DNA of 64,000 bases from Squalus acanthias (lineage: Eukaryota). The notes below the pieces were generated by a model. The model ran no database searches, was not told the origin of the DNA, and worked only from the letters and a program-made list of their open reading frames with translations. The position numbers and the translations under genes are program-made. Location of the stretch: assembly GCA_030390025.1 (NCBI GenBank), contig CM059432.1, positions 91,638,001 through 91,702,000 on the forward strand, written 5' to 3'. Below, piece by piece: positions 13,620 through 25,097 of this stretch. Position 1 is the stretch's first letter. The number at the start of each line of letters is the position of its first letter.

Positions 13620-14564
13620 ATGGCAGGAAATCTCGGGGCTGTGTCGTGCTCCTCCTGTGCTATGTGGGAAATCAGGGACACTTCCAGTGTCCCTGACAAC
13701 TATGTGTGCAGGAAGTGCGTCCAGCTGCAGCTCCTGACGGACCGCATGGCGGCACTGGAGCTGCGGATGGACTCACTCTGGAGCATCCACGATGCCGAGA
13801 ACTTTGTGGATTACTCATTTAGTGAGTTGAACACACCGTGGGTAAAGGCTAGGTCAGACAGTAAATGGGTGCCCAAGAGGCAGGGCAATATCAGGAAGGT
13901 AGTGCAGGAGTCCCCTGCGGTCGTCTCCCTCCAAAACAGATATACCGTTTTGGATACTGTTGGGGGAAATGACCTACCAGGGGAAGGCACCAGCAGCCAG
14001 GTTCATGGCACCATGGCTGGCTCTGCTGCACAGCAGGGCGGGAAAAAGAGTGGTAGAGCTATAGTGATAGGGGACTCAATTGTAAGGGGAATAGACAGGA
14101 GTTTCTGTGGCCGCAACCGAGATTCCAGGATGGTATGTTGCCTCCCTGGTGCAAGGGTCAAGGATGTCTCGGAGCGGCTGCAGAACATTCTGGAAAGGGA
14201 GGGTGAAGAGCCAGCTGTCGTGGTGCATGTAGGTACCAACGATATAGGTAAAAAGCGGGAAGAGGTCCTACAAGCAGAATTTAGGGAGCTAGGAGCTAAA
14301 TTGAAAAATAGGACCTCAAAGGTAGTAATCTCTGGGTTGCTACCAGTGCCACGTGCTAATCAGAGTAGCATGAACAGGATAGCGAGATTAAATACGTGGC
14401 TTGAGCAGTGGTGCAGGAGGGAGAGATTCAAATATCTGAGGCATTGGAACCAGTTCTGGGGGAAGTGGGACCTGTACAAAAGGGACGGTCTGCACTTGGG
14501 CAGGACTGGAACCGATGTCCTCGGGGTAATATTTGCTAAGGCAGTTCGGGAGGATTTAAACTAA
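13620..14564 (+). CDS. CR1 ORF1 protein (CxxC zinc finger/leucine zipper plus SGNH esterase-like domain), intact 314 aa
   Basis: CSSCAMW...CRKC; IVIGDSIVR, VHVGTND and DGLH esterase blocks typical of CR1 ORF1. Confidence 0.88.
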   Translation: MAGNLGAVSCSSCAMWEIRDTSSVPDNYVCRKCVQLQLLTDRMAALELRMDSLWSIHDAENFVDYSFSELNTPWVKARSDSKWVPKRQGNIRKVVQESPAVVSLQNRYTVLDTVGGNDLPGEGTSSQVHGTMAGSAAQQGGKKSGRAIVIGDSIVRGIDRSFCGRNRDSRMVCCLPGARVKDVSERLQNILEREGEEPAVVVHVGTNDIGKKREEVLQAEFRELGAKLKNRTSKVVISGLLPVPRANQSSMNRIARLNTWLEQWCRRERFKYLRHWNQFWGKWDLYKRDGLHLGRTGTDVLGVIFAKAVREDLN

Positions 14565-14611
14565 TATGGCAGGGGAATGGGAACCTATGTAGCGAAACAG
14601 GGGGAAGTAAT

Positions 14612-15212
14612 ATGCAGTCAGAAACAAATGTTAGAAGGGTGAGAAACAATAAGGGAAATCCGAGTAAACAAAGGCAAGAAACACAAAGGGCCATACTAAA
14701 TCATAAGTCTAAAAGGACAAAGGGTGTTAATAAAACAAGCCTGAAGGCTCTGTGTCTTAATGCAAGGAGTATCCGTAATAAGGTGGATGAATTGACTGTG
14801 CAAATTGATGTTAACGGATATGATGTGATTGGGATTACAGAGACGTGGCTCCAGAACAATCAAGGCTGGGAACTGAATATCCAGGGGTATTCAACATTCA
14901 GGAAGGATAGAATAAAAGGAAAAGGGGGTGGGGTAGCATTGCTGGTTAAAAAGGAGATTAATGCAATAGCTAGGAAGGACATTAGCTTGGAGGATGTGGA
15001 ATCAATATGGGTTGAGCTGCAGAACACCAAAGGGCAGAAAACGTTAGTGGGGGTTGTGTACAGACCTCCAAACAGTAGTAGTGAGGTGGGGGAGGGTATG
15101 AAACAGGAAATCAGAGGGGCATGCAAAAAAGGCGCAGCAGTTATCATGGGTGACTTTAAAATGCATATAGATTGGGCTACTCAAACTGGAAGCAATACGG
15201 TGGAGGAGGATT
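14612..15212 (+). pseudogene. CR1 ORF2 N-terminal apurinic endonuclease, cut by the inversion
   Basis: LNARSIRNK, GITETW, GGGVAL, VYRPP and IMGDF motifs. Confidence 0.88.
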
Positions 15213-15904
15213 TCCTCCTCCTCCTACACTGCTCCTCAGAGATATCCAAGAAATGAACCCTTGGCCTCTAGACCCAGTGGGCTGGGTAACGCCTTCTACA
15301 AGCGACTCCCCTCACCTGCCTTCCTATTGACCCAGCTGCTGCTTGTCCTGATTCTTCAGGCAGCTTCTGCTGCTCCTCTTCCTCCAACTATTAACAAAGG
15401 AAGCAAATTGGAAACTCAGATCCCTCACACCATGGCACACAGATCTTAATGACCTAAGCCCCTGCAGGTGAGTGCCTCTTTAAATTCAGCTTCCAGTCAC
15501 GTCAGTCAGTTTGTGAAGGCAATCCTGTTAAATTCCACTGAGGTTTGGCCGCTGGGTAGAACTACTGACCCGGCCAGTTAAAATCGCGTTGGGGTCCCAA
15601 TGATGTCATCAGAATATTGAATATATTCACGAGACAACACCTCTCTCCAGTGGGTGAGTTTGCAGCCTCAGATCAGCTGCAGAGTTAAATTAGCGATCAG
15701 CGAGTTTCCAGTGGCAACGGGGCGGTAATTTGATTTTCCCGATTCTAACTGCTCGCCCATCCCATTCCTGCTCGGCAGGTTGGGTTAAAATCGGGGCCAA
15801 TCTCTCACTATTTAGTCTCCGAAAACCTTTCATCATCTTGAAAACTTTTTATCAGGTTTCCCCTTAACCTTCTCTATTCCAGTAAGAAAAGCTCCAATTT
15901 TCTG

Positions 15905-16625
15905 CAGTACAGAGGGATCTGGGGGTCCTCGTACATGAAACACAAAAAGTTAGCATGCAGGTACAGCAAGTAATTAGGAAGGCAAATGGAATATTGGCCT
16001 TTATTGCAAGGGGGATGGAGTATAAAAGTAGGGAAGTCTTGCTACAATTGTACAGGGCGTTGGTGAGACCACACCTGGAGTACTGCGTACAGTTTTGGTC
16101 TCCTTATTTAAGGAGGGATATACTTGAATTGGAGGCAGTTCAGAAAAGGTTCATGAGGTTAATTCCTGGGATGAAGGGGTTGTCTTATGAAGAAAGGTTG
16201 AGCAGGTTGGGCCTTTACTCATTGGAGTTTAGAAGAATGAGAGGTGATCTTATTGAAACATATAAGATTCTGAGGGGGCTCGACAGGGTAGATGCTGAGA
16301 GGATGTTTCCCCTCATGGGGAATCTAGAACGAGGGGGCATAGTCTCAGAATAAGGGGTCGCCTATTTAAATGGAGATGAGGAGGAATTTCTTCTCTCAGA
16401 GGGTCGTGAATCTTTGGAATTCTCTACCCCAGAGAGCTGTGGAGGCGGAGTCATTGAATATATTCAAAGTGGAGATAGACAGATGTTTGAGCTACAGGGG
16501 AGTCAAGGGTTATGGGGAGCGGGAAAGTGGAGTTGAGGCCATGATCACCATGATCTCATTGAATGGCGGGGCAGGCTCGAGGGGCCGAATGGCCTACTCC
16601 TACTCCTATTTCTTATGTTCTTATG
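15905..16625 (+). mobile_element. CR1 3' fragment
   Basis: LYRALVRPHLEYCVQFWSP and RRMRGDLIETYK; tail ...TTTCTTATGTTCTTATG. Confidence 0.88.
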
Positions 16626-19600
16626 CTCTTATAATTTTTCCAAGCATTTCTACATTTCAATAACTGCTGATTCCTGGTATCATTCTAGTTAATCTTCACT
16701 GTACTCTTTCCATGGCTCGAATATCCTTTCTATAATGGAGTGTTCAATACAGCAAACTGTGGCCTAACCAGTATCTTCAATATAATTTTTTGCTTTTATA
16801 TTCAATGTCCCTATATACAAATCCCAGAATCGCACATCTTTATTATCTACCTGCACTCCCACCTGCATCATTGATCTCTCTGATCCCCCCCTCAGTTAAG
16901 TCTTTCCATTTTAGGCATACTTCCTTTCACCATTCTTTTTCCCAAAATGCATAATTTCACATTTTTCTATTTCTCTGCTTTGAATTGCATCTGCTCCCTA
17001 TTTGCCCACTCTACTAACCTGCCTATATCTTCCTGTAATGTTCCTTACAGTTTAACCACTCAATGACCTCTATTATTGTCTGTTTGAAGGAGTTGAGGGG
17101 TTACGTCTCTTGAGACCTCTCTGCCGGTATGCCTCAGCATCTTTTGTTGTGCGCCACCTTCTTCTGTAAGAAGAAATAGATTCATTTAATGAAGTGATGT
17201 TTTGTGTTGTGCATTTTAGCTTGCAACACAGCAGTTTGCCTTACACGTGAGCGATGACTGATTGCATTGAAATTGTCAGTTTTGTGTGTGAATATATTCA
17301 GTCTTCTTTTTTTCCCCTAGATGCATCTTTCTATATGATCCCTTTTTGGCCAGCAGGACTAGTTCTCACCTTCCTTCTTATTTTCTTTTGTACAGAAATT
17401 CCAGGTTACTGGATATACTTGGGTTAGGTGCATTAAACGTGTTTGATATCTGCTTCGGCTCCTCCTGGCCCACCAGGAAACTAAAAAAAATGTTTTCGAT
17501 CCAGCTCCCGGCAGGTTTGGCCTGGCAAGGAAGCCACTACTGCTCCCTCACTCAGGCCTCTGGTTAAAATAACAGATTTGCATATTTAAAGAGGACCCCG
17601 ACGGTGGTCAGATTGGGGTGAGAAAGGAGTGGGTAAGTCCACCTCCCACCTGGTTTCCGCCAGGTGGAGGGAATTAAAATCGGGGCCAATTGTTTATTGA
17701 CACTTTCACACTACACTTCACCATCGTTTACTCAATTTTTTGTTAACATTAGAATATTGGTCCCTAAAGTACTTTAAGTAGTCACAAAATGACACTCATT
17801 TAAATAGGGCCATGCGACTCCATGAATTATGGTTTAATTTCATGAGTGAGACTGACTATGTTGCACTTGTCACATAAAATGTAATCATTCCATTTTTAAC
17901 CTCAGGAAGCTATAGTAAACACCAAGCATTGAGGCATCAATTGTGGAAATATTTCTACAATTGCCAGACTCTACAAGTGTGACAAATTGAGCTAATCAAT
18001 GTTTAACAATAAAACGTTTTTCAAATTCTAACGATTTAGTTTAATAATGAATTGGACTACAGACTCTCAAGTTTGATCATTTTTCATTAAACTTTATTGA
18101 ACCAGTTTCCATTGATAGCTTAGATCAGTATAATTTTAAGACATTGTCTAAAACATTATTCAGTCTTTCAAAATGTTTTACATCATTTTGTTGAAGCAAT
18201 TAATTAATAAGGATATGCATATTAAACAATACATCATATAGCTAGCCTGCTTTTACAAATATAATACTAGACTTCCAGTGTCATGTTCCAGACAATGTTG
18301 CTTGATGATGAGAGCTCCAATCCCTGATGCCGATTCTTGCCTAATGCACCTCCACGAGGCAAAAACCCCATAATAAATCACAGAGACTCAGCCTTTCCCA
18401 AAGAATACCATCTATGAAAACAGTGAGAAACCGCAACCCATACCCATCATTATCAGACCATTGTAGAAGCTCAGCAGGACACCAACCCAAAAAACCCTCA
18501 TGACAATCCTGTCCAAATCAAGGAAGAGAAAAATCAAAGTCCAGATAGTGAATAACAATTAATTTACAAACTCTAATCACAGACACTCAACAGCTCACAC
18601 TGAGTTCTCAACAATGCTCAAAAATAGTATCTCAGTGGGGCGGGGAGGTAGAAGTACTAGTCCTCCCCCCATTCAGCTTTTCTGGGCAACAATCCAGAAG
18701 CCCACAGAGAGCATGAAAGGTCTCCAGACCCTGCTGATCATAGACTTTGCGTGCTGAGCTTACCCCTGAAAGAGAAAATCCCTCCTGCAACAGCAAACAA
18801 TGCTTCCTCCCATTGTGGCAGAGCACTACTCTCCCCAAAACAAACATGTGGATGGAACATCTGAGGGACTTGTCCCAGGCACAAGTGATATATGCATTCC
18901 TCCTGGAACTCAGGAAGTACCAGTCTGGGACCCACTCCTGGGAGCCCACGCAACGCATGCTCCCCCAACACAGACTCATTCCATCCCTCAAGTGGAACCA
19001 CAGACTAGCAATCCCTGCAGAAGTGCTCCACAAAGGACAAGGCCCATCATCAAACCTACAAGGCTCTTGATGCCCACTAACGCAAGCAAACCTCATGGAG
19101 GGTCATTAAATTGTCATGACCGCCCACATCCCCTCCCCCCACCCCACCCAGAGCACACATTTTTGTTTTTAAAATAGTGATAGCTGTTTAAATGCAATTA
19201 AATTTGATACTTTTGCTTGCTATTAATATGCTTCAATAACATATCCATGAAGCTTATATAAAAATAACTAGCTCCAAATATCAATGTGACTTCCTTAATC
19301 TACATGAAAGTTGTTCTGATTTCAAGAGAATCTAGGCCTTATAGTAGCTGACCAGTCCTTTTCAGCAGGGCTGAAATTATAAAAATAAAATAAAAACTGG
19401 TCTTCTCTCTTAAAACTTTTTGAAGTGCCCTCTACATACTTAAAAGGACCACTTTAATTTGAGAGGATGTATACCGAATTTATACACTTAAATCATTAGA
19501 AATAGTCAGATACAAATTTGTCGGAAAGTGTAAAGGTAAATCCGCCCCTTCAAATCTTTCTTGGGATTAAAAAATGTAGCTATTTTCCATTGCAATAGGC

Positions 19601-20158
19601 GTCAATTACAAAGGCACCGCTTAAACCGTATTAAGCGGACCGGCTATTTTGGGGAAGTCAAGCAGTTGTTCGCACCTCACGATTACCTGTCATTAAGTCC
19701 TAACCCCCCGTGGCCTCTAGAACTTCTGCCACTGCTGCGAGCACTTCATTCCGACTTGCTGAGCTTGACACATTCCGGCTCGGTTTTAAACTTTGGAAAG
19801 AGTTTAAAGAGGCCAATTTTTTGTTCTCAATGGAAAAAATTGGGGTTAAGTAAGATCCAACTTAAAAATAATAAAGAATGGAGGTGACACATTCCGGCTG
19901 ATGGTTCCAGGGCTTTAATCTCAACTAAACTGACAGATTCATCGGTTGTCAGTGCAGGCTTCTGAATCACCCTCTGTAGGTTTTATCATTTATCTATCAT
20001 TTGTTACACCGACCAGCGCATATAGCGGGCAAATGGCAGTCGCACGAATGTGCCCGCTATAAGCAATGGGGACTGTATTGAAGAGCAAAAACACACCTTG
20101 TTTGAAGCAGTTAACTACTTGTTGCTGGTTAACACGGAGCATTATCTTTAATAAACTT

Positions 20159-20266
20159 TTAATTGTAGCAAGCTTTTTGTTCCATTCCATATGCCTGATA
20201 CAGCTGATTCAGGAGTTCTTCTTTTTCCTCTGAACAGAGGAAACTAGAGTGAGCTGCATTAAGATT
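20159..20266 (-). CDS. ADA: Adenosine deaminase terminal coding exon, NLNAAHSSFLCSEEKEELLNQLYQAYGMEQKACYN*
   Basis: tttttgttttgcAG acceptor, phase 0; aligns by eye to human [28 protein letters not shown]; stop TAA at 20161-20159. Confidence 0.92.
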   Translation of the reverse strand, partial: NLNAAHSSFLCSEEKEELLNQLYQAYGMEQKACYN

Positions 20267-20502
20267 CTGCAAAACAAAAATACTGTGTAAACTTTCTAGA
20301 ACCTGGATGATGGTATTTTATTATAAAATTATTTTCCAGTCAGTCTTTTTATATGAAATTCTGAAATATATTCCATCTAAGTTCCAAAAGCTGTTGTACA
20401 CATGTTTCCTCCTCTCTAAATCCTCCTTGTATCAAAATAAAGACTCATTGCACAGTCACTTTAACTTATTCTTACCAGGGCCTCAAGGCTATGGAACTAA
20501 AT

Positions 20503-21243
20503 GGGCCAGAATTTGCTGAAGCGTTCCCTGTTTGTTACATTGTTTTCCCCACCTTTCAGCTCAAAAATTCTTTGCGCTGCAAATTGCTGGAAGTGCGAGC
20601 TGACAATGGGGCATCTAGGACCTTGGTGAACACACAGGACTAACAGTCTATATCCTTAACCAATAAGATTTTTAAGGATAGAGAAAAAAAGAGGAATGAT
20701 ATAAAAGGAAATAGGGTGAATTAGAGTCAAATTAGATACAGAAAGAGAAATAATGAGAGGGAAAGAAAGACTGGATTGAGAGAGAGAGAAAATAGACAGA
20801 AAAGTCAGAATTAAAAAAAAAAAAAAATTATTTTATTTTAAATTTTAAAACCTCGAGGAACAATTTACTACCTGCCGTAATGAGACTGCACAGTTTCAAT
20901 TGGTCCCTTTCTGAGCCAGAGAGGTTGAGTGGCATTTCAGGAACATAAATTCCATCATTAAATAGGCACTGACGCTGTTAAATGTTAGCCCTAATTTTCC
21001 ACGGTTGAGTTTAATGGACAATTAATGTACAAATGCCGCAATTTCATGAAAGTCACAGGGAGATTGAGGGCGAGCTGCCGTTTTGTGAGGCTAACGGCGG
21101 AGTGGTGCGAATCATCCAGCAACTTGTGGGGACTTGCAATTCATGGGGTATCTCTTCCTCCCCACAAGTTGCTGGACAACATACACATTTATAACACAAA
21201 GTGCCATTAAACTCGCCATTAATTTGGCAGCAAAATCTGGGCC
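20503..21243. mobile_element. Non-autonomous TIR element (Harbinger-like MITE)
   Basis: TIRs GGGCCAGAATTTGCTG / CAGCAAAATCTGGGCC; AAT and ATT flanks. Confidence 0.6.
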
Positions 21244-21249
21244 ATTGTA

Positions 21250-23316
21250 TTACATAAGAAATAGGATCAGGAGTAGGCCATACGGCCTTCAAGCCTGCTC
21301 CACCATTCAATAAGATCATAGCTGATCTTCAACCTCAACTCCACTTTCCCGCCCGATCCTCATATCGATTGATTCCGAGAGTCCAAAAATCTATTGATCT
21401 CAGCCTTGAATATACTCAATGACTGAGTATCCACAGGTCTTTGGGGTAGAGAATTTCAGAGATTCACAACTCAGTGAAGAAATTCCTCCTCATCTCAGTC
21501 CTAAATGGCCGACTCTTTATCCTGAGACTATGCCCCCTAGTTCTAGACTCTCCAGCCAGGGGAAACAACCTCTCAGCATCTACCCTGTCAATCCCCCTCA
21601 GAATCTTGTATGTTTCAATGAGATCACCTCTCATTCTTCTAAACTCCAGAGAGTATAGGCCTAATCTACTCAATCTCTCCTCATAGGCCAACCCTCTCAT
21701 CCCAGGAATCAATCTAGTGAACCTTCGTTGCACCCCCTCCAAGGCAAGTATATCCTTCCTTAGGTACGGAGACCAAAATTGTACACAGTACTCCAGGTGT
21801 GGTCTCACTAAAGCCCTGTACAATTGTAGCAAGACTTCCTTACTCTTGTACTCCAACCCCCTTGCAATAAAAGCCAACATACCATTTGCCTTCCTAATTG
21901 CTTGCTGTAACTGCATGTTAACATTCTGTGTTTAGTGTACAAGGACACCCAAATCCCTCTGAACACCAACATTTACTAGTTTCTCAACATTTGCAGAATA
22001 TTCTGTTTTTCCATTCTTCCTACCAAAGTGAACAAACTCACATTTCCCCACATTATACTCCATCTGCCAACTTCATGCCCACTCAATTAACCTGTCTATA
22101 TCCTTTTGCAGACTATTTGGGGCGAATTTTAACACAAAAAACGTGTGGGTTGGGGTCTGGTGGGAGGTTAAAGAGTTAATAAAACTGAACCCTGGCCACA
22201 ACCCACCTCCAACTCGCCCACTTCCGGTTTTAACGGAGGAGGGACGGGGGTTGGGCAGCCAACCCGCTCCCAGGAGGCGGGTCACCCATTTAAATATTAT
22301 AATAGCTTTACACTTACCTGCTGGATCCAGCATCCTTGACTCACCCACCCACTGAGATCAGACACGGCCCAACTAATGTTCCCTGTAATTTTTTGGGGGC
22401 CGTGCGGCCCCTTTAACAGGCTGCACGGCCCATTCAAAATTCTGCGCATGCGCGGTTTTTTCAATTTAAATGCCGGCTCACTGGCTGCGCGGGACCCCTG
22501 GAGCACTGCATGGCCGTGTGGCCACGCAACTTTAAGGGAACATTTCCCCCAGCTCCTCTAATCTCCCCTGACCTTCCCCCCCACCCCGAGGCCTCCGACC
22601 TCCCACCCCGAGGCCTCCAATCCCCCACCACGAGGCCTCCCACCCAGAGGCCTCCGATCCCCCACCACAAGGCCTCCGATCTCCCCCTGACCTCCCCCCC
22701 CCCCACCCTACCTCCCTCCCCCACCACCTCCCCGACCTACCACCCCCACCCCACCCCGAGGCCTCCGACCTCCCCCCCCGCCCGAGGCCTCCGATCTGTG
22801 CTCACGAGGCCTCCGACTTCCCCCCCCACCCAGAGGCCTCCGACTCCCCCCCGACCTCCCTCCTCCAGCCTGCGATCGCCTTCCCGGCCTTCCAACCTCC
22901 CTCCTCCAGCACCCGATCGCCTTCCAGGCCACCCCCCGCTGGCTGCGGGTGGGAAACAGAGCTTTGAAATGTTTCAGGCCCTGCTTTCCTGTTCACTTTC
23001 CACCCTTCCACCCCCCCGCATCCAGATTAAAATTCCAACCTTTGTGTCCTCACAGCTTATTTTCCCACCTAGCCTTGCATCATCAGCAAACTTGGATATA
23101 TTACACTCGGTCCCTTCATCCAAGTCGTTAATATAGATTGTAAATAGCTGAGGCCCCAACACTGATCCTTGCGGCACCCTACTAGTAACAGCCTGGCAAC
23201 CTGAAAATAACCTGTTTATTCCTACTCTCTGTTTTCTGTCCTTTAACCAATCCTCAATCCATGCGAGTATATTACCCCCAACCCATGAGCCCTTATCTTG
23301 TGCAACAACCTTTTGT
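21250..23316 (-). mobile_element. CR1 3' fragment interrupted by a GC-rich TIR element (~22118-23040) containing C-rich GAGGCCTCCGAC repeats
   Basis: RT motifs at 23040-23316 (GSVLGPQLF, KFADD) resume at 22112-21250; the insert is bounded by GGGGCGAATTTTAAC / GATTAAAATTCCAACC. Confidence 0.8.
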
Positions 23317-23623
23317 GTATTGTTAGATTTGATAGTCAAAGCCAAGACCAAAAATAATAATGAGGCTGCACAGAGATTTGGTAAAGCAGATTTTAAAGCT
23401 TGAAAAGAATCATAGGCAATATTAATTGGAAACCATGCACAAAAATAGATCTATGGAAGAAAAATAGAATGTATTTAAGCCTATTACACAGGATGAGGAC
23501 AGAACATGTATTCCATTTTAAAAATCAAAGCACGGTACAGATCACATAGATTTAATAAGGAGGTTAAAAGGAACATTAAAAAAAACTTTTAAAAGACTAG
23601 CAAAGTTAAAGGAAGTGTTACAA

Positions 23624-24617
23624 TCACTGTAGGAGTTCCTCATGGCAGTGTCCTAGGCCCAATCATTTTCAACTGCTTCATCAATGACCTTCCCTCCATC
23701 ATAAGGTCAGAAGTGGGGTTGTTCGCTGATGATTGCTCAGTGTTCAGTTCCATTCGCAACTTTTCAGATAATGAAGCAGTTCATACCTGCATACAGCAAG
23801 ACCTGGACAACATTCAGGCTTGCCTGATAAGTGGTAAGTAACATTTGTGCCACGAAAGTGCCAGGCAATGACTATCTCCAACAAGAGTCTAATCACCACC
23901 CATTGACATTCAACGACATTATCATTGCCGAATCCCCCATAATCAATATCCTGGGGTGACCATTGACCAGAAACTTAACTGGACCAGCCACATAAATACT
24001 GTGGCTACAAGAGCAGGTCAGAGGCTACATATTCTGCATGAGTGACTCACCTCCCGACTCCCCAAAGCCTTTCCACCATCCACAAGACACAAGTCAGGAG
24101 TGTGATGGAATACTCTCCACTTGCCCGAATGAGTGCAGCTCCAACAACACTCAAGAAGCTCGACACCACCCAGGACAAAGCAGCCCGTTTGATTGGCACC
24201 CTATCCACGACCTTAAACATTCACTCCCTCCACCACCGGCGTACCGTGGCTGCAGTGTGTACTATCTACAAGATGCACTGCAACAACTCGCCAAGGCTTC
24301 TTCGGCAGCACCTCCCAAACCTGCGACCTCTTCCACCTAGAAGGACAAGGGCAGCAGGCGCATGGGAACACCACCACCTCCAAATTCCCCTCCAATTCAC
24401 ACACCACCCTGACTTAGAAGTATATCGCCGTTTCTTTATCGTCGCTGGGTCAAAATCCTGGAACTCCCTACCTAACAGCACTGTGGGAGTACCTTCACCA
24501 CGCGGACTGCAGCGGTTCAAGAAGACAGCTCACCACCACCTTCTCAAGGGCAATTAGGGATGGGCAATAAATGCTGGCCTTGCCAGTGACGCCCACATCC
24601 CATGAATGAATAAAAAA
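23624..24617 (+). mobile_element. Family-A LINE 3' fragment
   Basis: GVPHGSVLGP and LFADD motifs; C-terminus near-identical to 1522-2213; AATGAATAAAAAA tail. Confidence 0.85.
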
Positions 24618-25097
24618 GTAGAGACACAATTCGCAGAGAGCAGCAAGAGGGATTCAGAAATGTTTTACAACTATATTAATCAGGCAGGTCCATATAAAGG
24701 ATAAAATGGATAAAACTATATAATTCACCCAGCATGCTCCTTGGAGATTAACCTCTCTAACCCCTCTCATCCTCTCTTACCTTTTCCACTGCACCCTCTA
24801 ATCCTACAAGTGGATTTTTTTTTTAAATCACCATCCTTCTCCGCATTGCTACCTTGAGAATATTCGTTCTCTTGCAAATTCATGGCCTCATTATGGATGA
24901 ATCCATTGTCATCCTGACACTGACAGATACTTGGCTTACAGGAAGCAACTCCATCCCCCTCACTAAAGCTTCCTCACCTGGCTACAGGTTTCATCTCTTG
25001 CTCCACCCAAACTGCCGTAGTGGTGTTGTGGCTCTGATCATCAAACCCCACCTTGGTCTCTCCCCCTACTTCACTGTCACTTTTTTCTTTGAGTACC

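Larger units (their letters stand above)
10567..15212. mobile_element. Near-full-length CR1 LINE with an inverted 5' half (3' half on minus 10567-12982; 5'UTR-ORF1-EN on plus 12983-15212)
   Basis: (ATAGAAAC)n tail at 10567-10592; ORF2 is split as ...SNTVEEDFL (plus, ends ~15212) and FLNQYVEEPTR... (minus, starts ~12982); inserted into a Harbinger transposase that continues on both sides. Confidence 0.9.
9826..15798 (-). mobile_element. Decayed Harbinger (PIF) transposon remnant split by the CR1 insertion
   Basis: Transposase fragments FPRVQGIVDCTHVAIRA and RNIIEHTIGILKQR; SFLDISEEQCRRR (right flank) continues into FTRQTVADL (left flank); TIR-like ...TTAAAATCGGGGCC at ~15798. Confidence 0.75.

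Noticed and set aside
18279..19120. Possible gypsy remnant (TGTCATG...CATGACA, HSWEP chromodomain-like peptide, purine tract before TGTCATG)
   Set aside because: The putative LTRs do not match beyond 7 nt, there is no TSD and the peptide similarity is too weak.
22510..23136. 208-aa proline-rich ORF
   Set aside because: Translation of C-rich low-complexity repeats inside a non-autonomous element.
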